Origin: Schizochytrium sp. TIO01
Lineage: Eukaryota > Protista > Bigyra: Labyrinthulomycetes
Length of the DNA: 64,000 nt
Reading direction: 5' to 3'
NCBI GenBank assembly: GCA_004764695.1
Contig: SMSO01000037.1
Span: forward strand, 4,254,747-4,318,746
A program made the translations under genes and the position numbers. Positions 56,019 through 64,000 of the stretch are shown here, piece by piece; position 1 is the first letter of the stretch; each line of letters opens with the position of its first letter. Below the pieces are notes generated by a model. That model saw nothing but the letters and a program-made list of their open reading frames with translations. It was not told the DNA's origin and ran no database searches.

Positions 56019-59000
56019 AGATTCCTGTAATCAAATACTTGCATAGAGAATTTAGTAGAGAAATATCCTTAGGGACCGATAATTGGAGCATACAAACCCC
56101 TTTATAGAGAGGGATGTTTGATGTATTTGTGGAGCTGCACGTGGTGGATTTAAAATTTAGGAAAATAGTAGTCATATTCGCTTACTTGTGCAGAAAAATT
56201 ATATTTGCAAATTTCGATGAATTATATACATATAACCTTTTCTTTCCCCGCGCAACTTTTTGGACTCAAATGAGATCCTAAGAATGACCTACATAACGAA
56301 TCTCTCTGAACCAAAAGACATCAATTTGTCAAGTTTACGCTTTTATTACTTCTCTTTTTCTAATGAAGGTTACAAAAATATGAAACACTTCCTCTTTCCA
56401 TCTTGATAAATAAAACCAATCGAAGACACTTCTCAAACAAAATACACGAATCCAACCAACACACTTACGATCAATCGTTGTATTTCTTTTTTTGTACTCC
56501 CAAACATACAAAATGCGGGAACCAATTTGACCTCTAGCATATGCATCGAAGCGAGCTCCTAAACTTGAAAACTAGAACTTCAGGTTAGTTGGCCATTGTA
56601 ATCGGCATACTTTAACCAAGTTAACTCCAAGGTTAAATCAAAACCTATGTAAATGTGAGATGAATTATCCATCCGAAGGTCAACCAACGTAGATTTAGCA
56701 CTGCTAGTACTCTAGAAGGTCCATAATGATTATCTTGGCTAATGCGAAGCATCCTGACAGGAATTGTACTGGTTCTAGCCCAAATGGTCTTCAACCTGCC
56801 ACGTCAGCAGTGTGAATCTTTCCGCAAGAACGTCCTTCATTTAGCGCCTGATTTCTCAACAAGGCAAGTCCTTCTTCTATTATAGCGCAAACCCCATCTA
56901 TACATATATATATATATATATCGATGAGGTTTTACGAGGGAACATCTAGAAGAAGAATTATAATTATAGCAATGGCTTCTTCTTGTCAGTCAACAAGTTC
57001 CTTCGATTGAAGATCTCGGCAATATAGATCGGACATGTTATTTATTGATAAAATACATCATTATTGTACCTACTTAACATAGCAAATGAATATTTATTTT
57101 TGCAATTTGACAAGAAAGCTAACCTAAGAAAGAAAAGGTACTTTAGTTTCTCCATCTCTGAGAATAAAGAGTGGATCTAAAGCTAATAAAATCAAATCAG
57201 CCACCTAATGGCAGGTATCTATGTATCTATGAACAAGTTTGAGTGACCTATTAAACTACTTTTAAAGACAATATAATATATTTCGTTTATCAGATCGGCC
57301 AAATTTAGTTTCAATATCTATTTCCATATATTATGACACCAAAAATCAATAATTATATAATAAACAAATTATATATGTAAATTTTACAAAATATATTGCA
57401 AAATTAAATTTAATATTTTTTAATGAGGTTACATATTTTAATTTTGTATAAATTGAATTTTAAAATATAATTTTGTAAATATTTGATTGAATTATGATTT
57501 AAAATAGATTATTAATTAGAAAAAAAAAATCAGCTTATACATCACCGAAGATGTATATGCTGATTAAAATGATGTTTCTGACTGATCCCAATTATTCAAT
57601 TTTCACTCCTCATTCAGTCACAATCGGCTGTATGGCATTGAGTAGCAGCAGTTTTAATGCCACATGTGTGTGAATATTAATAATTATTATTAACAGATAG
57701 AACAACTGTGACATGATCATCGGATCAGAGAAATAAATTCGAACAAATTAGTTTGTAACAGGCTGCGTCATGACGTTAATGTGAATTGAATAACACACAC
57801 CTAATGTCGTTGTCAATAAAATAACTAGTTATATATATATATAATACTATCAAGTTCATATTGTGCATGTAACAACACTTTCCTGGATATTCCACACTAA
57901 AAGTATGTAAACTTTATTTCAGTTTTCGTTTTTCAACAGGTTATATGTTTGAGATAGAATAATGAGATAGGTACATCTTCATATAACCAGATGAATTCGC
58001 GATATTTGCTCAACCCCAAAACAACGAATGCAAAAGGGGATGTACATACGATAACATAAATAAATATCAAGCTGAGGGCTGTGAATTCCTTTAGTTGCGG
58101 CAAAGGTGGCAGCTATTACTGTTAGGTACTCTTTTCATCCTCCTATGGGTAATTTCTATTGCTTCGCGAAATTAGCAAAGTGCAGCATATGGTACTGACA
58201 CCTTCATATCTTCAATTGCGCAATTTAACAAATACAGAAATATTGTAGTAATGAAAGTAATAGGAAATGCATGTGAGAAGAAGCACAGAAAGAAACATAT
58301 TAGGAATCTGAACGTTTTGAATTCAAATGAAACGCTATTTAGTTTAATTACTAGCAGAGCTTAAGTTCATCAGAACCTTTCTTGCTATATAGTCTGCTAC
58401 TTGCCTATCCTCTATAATCCCTATGCTTTAAAAAAACATAGTAACCACGAGACTACTCAATGCGATAGGCAAAATGATTCAGACGATTCTTTAATGATGA
58501 TATTAATTATGTTGTTTTAGGATTTCGGCAAGCTCGTTCAACATACCAGACATATTTGTTAACTTGATTAATAACCATCTTGTCCTGGATCCTTCTGCCA
58601 CTTCAGATCGCCCACCAATGAATGGCCAACAATTTACTACCCAAGATGTCTCTGTTTTGCTCAGGGAAGGGACTACCAAACGACACTTTGAAGCTGCCAA
58701 TACTTTGTAATTTCTAAATCACAACGAGTCTTTTCGATAAATGATCATGTAATCGTTAATAGAGTAAATAATTTAGTGTGTTCTATCTCTTAAATATCTA
58801 TGACAACATGTTGGATAACTGAGAAAAGTGCTAGTTTCAAGTCTCGAACACCTATTTCCATGCAACCTTTTTGTTGAAAGAAGTATTGAATTCATACATA
58901 TGCCGTAGATAAGAAATAAAATGAGACAAAAAGAATAATTGTGCAGGTACGTTTTCACTCTTCATTTTGAGTGTGCCTTTGTTGAGAGTGCCTTTGGCCA

Positions 59001-59114
59001 ATTTAAACAAGAACAAGAATTTAAGGAGGTTTTGGTTTGAATATAAAAACATAAACTCCAGAATCGATCGATAAAGTGTAATGCATGAAGTAGAGCTGAA
59101 AAATAAATTTGAAT

Positions 59115-59168
<54 letters not shown>
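59115..59168. repeat. (AT)n(AG)n compound microsatellite
   Basis: Direct reading. Confidence 0.9.
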
Positions 59169-59170
<2 letters not shown>

Positions 59171-60268
59171 GGATTATTAACAAAGTTATAATCGTATAGG
59201 TCCTACATTTAAATACAAGTATTTAATTTCCGATAGACCGCATAAAACTACTTGCTATATAGCGTAATGAGAGATTAGCACAATGCATCTAAAATAATTG
59301 GAATTAATCACTTATTCAGAGCCGGAAAAGTAAGAGCAAACCATGAAATCACCTGAATTGCGAGAAGCAGTTTCTCACACAGCTCTCGATACCCAGCTCT
59401 ACCCAAAAACCTAAGTTTTAGCATTCACATTACAAGTAAAATAAAATAGTAAAGCACCAAGAGAAGAATCATTGGTCTGAGCTCCTCCGCGAATGTAAAG
59501 CGATGTTCATGCAATGAGGAAACATCGTTGTCATAGGATACACTCACTCACATACACTCACATAATAATCGTATTAGAAATTGTATTCTAGTTTTGGTGA
59601 AGTTTAAAATTCCAATATCAACAGACGAATCTTGCTTTTCCTAATTTGTCTTTACGCAAAAACAAAGATTGTATTTCATTTTAATGCAGACGCTATAATA
59701 CCCTGGGACAGAACTTACTGGACTTGAGGACGACAGTTATATAATCTCAAAGGATCAATTGTTGGATTGAATAGCTCTAGCTGACTAAATTATTTATACG
59801 CGGAAGCTACCTTGTGTGTTCGCCCTTAAATGTAACTGTATTGGCCATAACTTTTCAAGGAATAACTTCTCAGCAAGCAGAGGCTAAAGACAATACGTAA
59901 GTATATGATTTGGAGTTTTGCATTCCCCTGACATGCTAATAGCTTCTTGCAAGCAAGAGCACTAGTTTTGTCATCACAAGATGAGCCCAAGCCATAAATA
60001 GCTTTTAGTTGACAAAGTTTTCGCCAAACTAGATGAAATTTTCAATCTCTAGGGGAAGATCATCCTGATACTAAAGGTTGATAATCTTGTTGCGCTAGCA
60101 TAAAAAGAAGAGCAGAATATATAGAAGGAAACGTTGACGTTTGACTTTCAAAATAGAGAGAAAGATTTAAGCATATGGGTTCTGGATAGGACAGACTAGA
60201 GTGTAGAGCATCATCTTTTATGTAACGACGGGATTGTTTGAAACAATGCGAAGATTGTCAGAAAGTCT

Positions 60269-61465
60269 TCAGAAAGTCTTCAGAAAGCTATTCTTGAGCA
60301 TTCGGAATTGAAGACGTAAAGGTCCAAATGTATCTTGACGAAGTGCTGAGTTAAAAATATCAAACTGTGCAGTGGATTGCAATCGTTCAAGAAAAATTGA
60401 CGCTTGAACGGTGACCAAAAAAGCAGGAAATGCTTCTTTGGGAATTTTATCATGAAGAGCGCGTGCGTGTTCAAGGTGCCCATGAGCTGTAGCAGCAACG
60501 TCATACACACTCTCTGTGAGGGCCTGGAATGCATGCACGAGCTCCTCATTCTCTTCGGGGGTACGTCCCTCTTGGGGTTTCGAGGAGGCAGCAAGTGCCG
60601 CAAGGCGCTCAAAACTCCAGCTGCGAAGAGCATGCTTGGTCATGATTTCGCTGGGCAAGACTAGCTGTCCATGAGCATAGAGAAAAGGCAAGCCATTTAG
60701 ACTGTTTGCAAGTCCAATAGCTTTTCCAGCATGGCTTGCGGCGTGGTCAGTTTCTGCATCACGAACATTGAGCATCTCCAAAGTGAGGTAAAGCATGCTC
60801 GAGGCAGTCCATTCAGCGTATTTCTCCATTTCCGCAAGAGTTTCAGGCTGCTGCATACCGATATCGTCCTGCCGAGCGTCAATCATCCGGTCGAGCCATC
60901 GGCGCGTCAAGTTGCTCTTTTGGATTGCATATTTGAGTTCTGGAAACACGGGATGCCCTTGCATTCCATACTTGGAGCCCGACACATTTTCAGATGACGA
61001 GCCTCTGTAGGCCTCGTCAACTAGTTCTCGCCACCACTGGCAGCGAAGAGCTCCAGCAGCCTCGTTTGAACCGACGCTGTCACGAATGCGTGCGAGTTCG
61101 AGGTTGAAGTATCGAATTGCATAAAATTGTCGGCGAACGTCAGCAGGCATAAGCGTACCAGCAATAAAAGCGGGGCGGTCTCCCGATCGCACGGCCTCTG
61201 CACAAACGAGCGATGGGTCCTTTGTTGATACTCCTTTTGCTGCAGAGTTGGTGGCTTTATTCTCGTGTTGAGCTTGGCTGCTAAGGTTTCGTGAAGAGAC
61301 CATCACATTTTGCACCCAAGGTCGCTGCCGACGCAGAGAGCTTGACCAGCCAACAACAGAGTCACCCGAAACTGAAGCAATGCTAGCTATCTTAGCAAGG
61401 TTCTGAGGAGCGAATACTTTCGCCCGGAGGCCAAGCATGGATGGTGTTGAGGTAGCGCTCAGCAT
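60269..61465 (-). CDS. NDUFAF6: Complex I assembly factor 6 (squalene/phytoene synthase-like fold), mitochondrial
   Basis: CAEAVRSGD, YAIRYFNLELARIRD, LRCQWWRE, HPV, LTRRWLDRMIDAR, MEKYAEWTASSMLYLTLE, DHAASHAGKAIG, VYDVAATAHGHLEHAR; N-terminal transit peptide. Confidence 0.92.
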   Translation of the reverse strand: MLSATSTPSMLGLRAKVFAPQNLAKIASIASVSGDSVVGWSSSLRRQRPWVQNVMVSSRNLSSQAQHENKATNSAAKGVSTKDPSLVCAEAVRSGDRPAFIAGTLMPADVRRQFYAIRYFNLELARIRDSVGSNEAAGALRCQWWRELVDEAYRGSSSENVSGSKYGMQGHPVFPELKYAIQKSNLTRRWLDRMIDARQDDIGMQQPETLAEMEKYAEWTASSMLYLTLEMLNVRDAETDHAASHAGKAIGLANSLNGLPFLYAHGQLVLPSEIMTKHALRSWSFERLAALAASSKPQEGRTPEENEELVHAFQALTESVYDVAATAHGHLEHARALHDKIPKEAFPAFLVTVQASIFLERLQSTAQFDIFNSALRQDTFGPLRLQFRMLKNSFLKTF

Positions 61466-63448
61466 CGTGGTCAGCAAACAAAGTTTGAACTATCAACAAC
61501 AAAGCAGACGAGTAAGCCCTTAGCCCGGGCGATAAGTCAGGAGGCTTAGAAGGCCTATCCAATGAAGGCAACCCGAGGGTGTCTACCTCTTAATTGCTCA
61601 GCTATTGGATGTCTTTCTTCAAGATGCTGCTTCGAGTTTAGTTTCACTGCCTATGGATGTACAAGCCTTCGCTGCTTTTAAAAGTTTCTTCTGACATCTT
61701 TAACTTGGACCAAAAGAGACTCGGTAAAAAAGAAGAAACAAGTAAAAGGTATGATTGGCTTTCTTTCCTTTAAAGAATAGTAATACTTCAAAGTTACTGC
61801 TCTATAGCTAAAAAGAAAAAGAAAAACAAGATAAAAAAGGGATGGAAAAATAATAAATAAATAAATAAATAAATAAATATTATTATTGTCATTTATAACT
61901 TATACGGTATGTAAATTAGTAAATACTAGGACTGTAAAGGCAAAGACCGAGTAAAAAGTGTCCGAGATACTTGCAGACAATTATATGATAGATTTTAGAA
62001 TTGCAAATCCTACGCATCAGCAGATATTTTAACAAGACGCCATAGTTTGTATTTTTTAAACAGATGCTAGATTGTTATTCCAAAGGAAATCCCCGTTCTC
62101 CGTTCTCCAGATAAAAAGAAGATGGCCTACAAAAGAAGTAGATTCTTCAAATACGAGTTATTGACATGAATTATGAATCATACTGTGGTCCTGTTAAACT
62201 GGGCTCACCTATTAGCTGCACGTTCAGTGTAATATGCTATTACGGGGTTTTGCAACATTACAAAGGAATTTCCAATTATCAATTCTATCAAAGAAGAGAA
62301 ATCTTTAGATTATGAAATAAAGCTGGAAAGCCTCCGCATGGTTTATGCAATCCTATCAACCTGTCCGACAAACTTCTTAGAGTGCAGTGAGCTAGACAGT
62401 TCTAGAATATTCACAGACAGTCCTCATACGATTTTTTACTCACATCCAGAAGTGTTAATGGTGAACTCTTTACCTCTTTTGTAGATTAGGCATCAGAGAA
62501 TTTAGCGTTAGGCAAAGTATGCGAAGCAATAAAATCTATTTTGCTATCATCATCTAAAGATATTGTGCTCAGAAGTAATAGGAGCATTGTATCGTAGCCA
62601 CCAAAATGAAAACTTCGAAAATATGATAATATAATTTGGCAAGTGGAGTGGTTATATTTCTATCAATCAGGTGAGCTTTCAAGTAATCGACGATGCCAAA
62701 AAACGAACAATCATAATGTACATGATGGTTAGAATGCATTTAATCACATATCGCTGCTGCATATCAAGTAGGAGATTGATCAACCATCTGGGGTCAGCCG
62801 AGTGTGCTAAATTGCTCTAAGATTACCTACCCTGAAGTCTGACTGCAAAGTTTTGTGTCAGGTCTCTCTCTTGTATTAAACAATGTATATAGGTATCACT
62901 ATTTAAAACTTCATTCTGGTAAAGTGATAGGATAAAACTTAAAATAGTATATATAACACCACACAATGATCTTTGTTTGATTAAAAGATAAATAACGTGT
63001 ACTAGTTACTCAATATCCCAGATACTAGTAGTACTTGTTTTCTAAAAGTATTACAGGTTGCTCAGTTTACTCATTAGCTTCTTAGGCTTTTTGAAGGAAC
63101 TTAATGTATGTATTCGAGTAAGGCGTAATAGGTACATAACTAATTCCTAATAAAGGAACTTTTAGTTAAAAGAAAGAGAAAAAGAAAAAAGATTTTATCC
63201 TGGTACGAATCTGCTCAGAAGGCAACCTAGTCGCAAATCATCAGCCAGCAATCAGGCACTCTATCCACCACAATTGCATGAGGTGTACTGGCCAGACAGA
63301 CTTTACATCCAGCGGCGAATCGTGTACGCATTTTTACTTGCTTTCCCCTGCCTCCGGCAAAATCCAGAAAACCACACACCGAAGCTAATCTTTAGTTAGA
63401 GCCTCTTGCTGGCAAACTCTCAAATCTTTCACGAGCGCTCGTATCACT

Positions 63449-64000
63449 ATGGACTGTCGCGAGGAAGCAGAAGAGCACGGCCACAGCCACAACAGTGGCC
63501 ATGGACATTCTCATGGAGGGCACGGGCATTCTCATGGCACTCCGGACGACCCCGAGGGCAACTCGCTCCTCAAATACATTGACACAGAGCATGTCACGTG
63601 CCTGAACGAGCAAGAGGAAGACTCAGGGAAAACTGTTCTGAAGCACATGAATGAGAAGCTCGATGATTCTCGCTTTGTTTTGAGTGAGGAAGATGATCCT
63701 GAATTGATCTTTTTTATCCCTTTTACAGTTGCTGTCAAGCTCAAGTCATTCTGTATCATTGGTGGTGCACATGGTGAGGCCCCAGCACGTGCTAAGCTTT
63801 TCGTTAACCGGGATGACGTTGACTTTGAGCTTGCACATGACCTAACTCCTGTTCAGGAATTTGAATTAACTGAAGACTTTAGTGGGGAGGTGGACTATGC
63901 GGTGAAGGCCGCTAAATTTTCTAACATCACCTCCTTAACTATCTTCATTCCAGAAAATCATGGTGCTGATTCAACTCGAGTAACCTTTATTGGTCTCAAA
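63449..64000 (+). CDS. PITHD1: PITH domain-containing protein (PITHD1-like), 3'-partial; not in the ORF track
   Basis: Own translation from ATG 63449: MDCREEAEEHGHSHNSGHGHSHGGHGHSHGTPDDPEGNSLLKYIDTEHVTCLNE...SEEDDPELIFFIPFTVAVKLKSFCIIGG...KLFVNRDDVDF...AKFSNITSLTIFIPENHGADSTRVTFIGLK; open to the end of the window. Confidence 0.92.
   Translation, partial: MDCREEAEEHGHSHNSGHGHSHGGHGHSHGTPDDPEGNSLLKYIDTEHVTCLNEQEEDSGKTVLKHMNEKLDDSRFVLSEEDDPELIFFIPFTVAVKLKSFCIIGGAHGEAPARAKLFVNRDDVDFELAHDLTPVQEFELTEDFSGEVDYAVKAAKFSNITSLTIFIPENHGADSTRVTFIGLK

Noticed and set aside
58520-58710. + strand frame ...MNGQQFTTQDVSVLLREGTTKRHFEAANTL, faintly like a Fic-domain N-terminus
   Set aside because: No HPFxxGNGR motif downstream and no start codon context; the similarity is too weak.
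60259-60288. 11-nt tandem repeat (cagaaagtctt) spanning the NDUFAF6 stop
   Set aside because: A short local slippage; the protein C-terminus is of normal length, so no consequence is evident.

Overview
Eukaryotic nuclear DNA with intron-poor genes, one clear GT-AG intron, a Pol III tRNA gene, and AT-rich or microsatellite-rich spacers. Gene content suggests a flagellate-stage heterotrophic stramenopile such as a thraustochytrid (inference only). About 16 protein genes can be supported: a 5'-partial oxidoreductase-SelD fusion, a small Dpy-30/RIIa-motif protein, an Mpo1-like dioxygenase, a bestrophin/UPF0187 channel, a Cho2-type PE methyltransferase fused to a bacterial PmtA-type methyltransferase, GCP6, an M1 aminopeptidase, TFIIE-alpha, an EF-hand dynein LC4-like protein, an MFS transporter, EMC7, GUF1, a degenerate myosin, a class C GPCR, NDUFAF6, and a 3'-partial PITH protein missing from the ORF track. 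There is also a tRNA-Arg(ACG). Three conserved genes carry single-base frameshifts, two exactly at homopolymers, most likely assembly errors. Best candidates for novelty are (1) the Cho2+PmtA fusion, a possible one-polypeptide PE-to-PC pathway; (2) SPIRAL1/Jupiter-like PGG motifs arrayed in the GCP6 insertion; (3) a tailless myosin with eroded switch I/II; (4) a flytrap-less class C GPCR with a mucin stalk and a WW-like tail. All family calls come from motif recognition by eye, not database searches.
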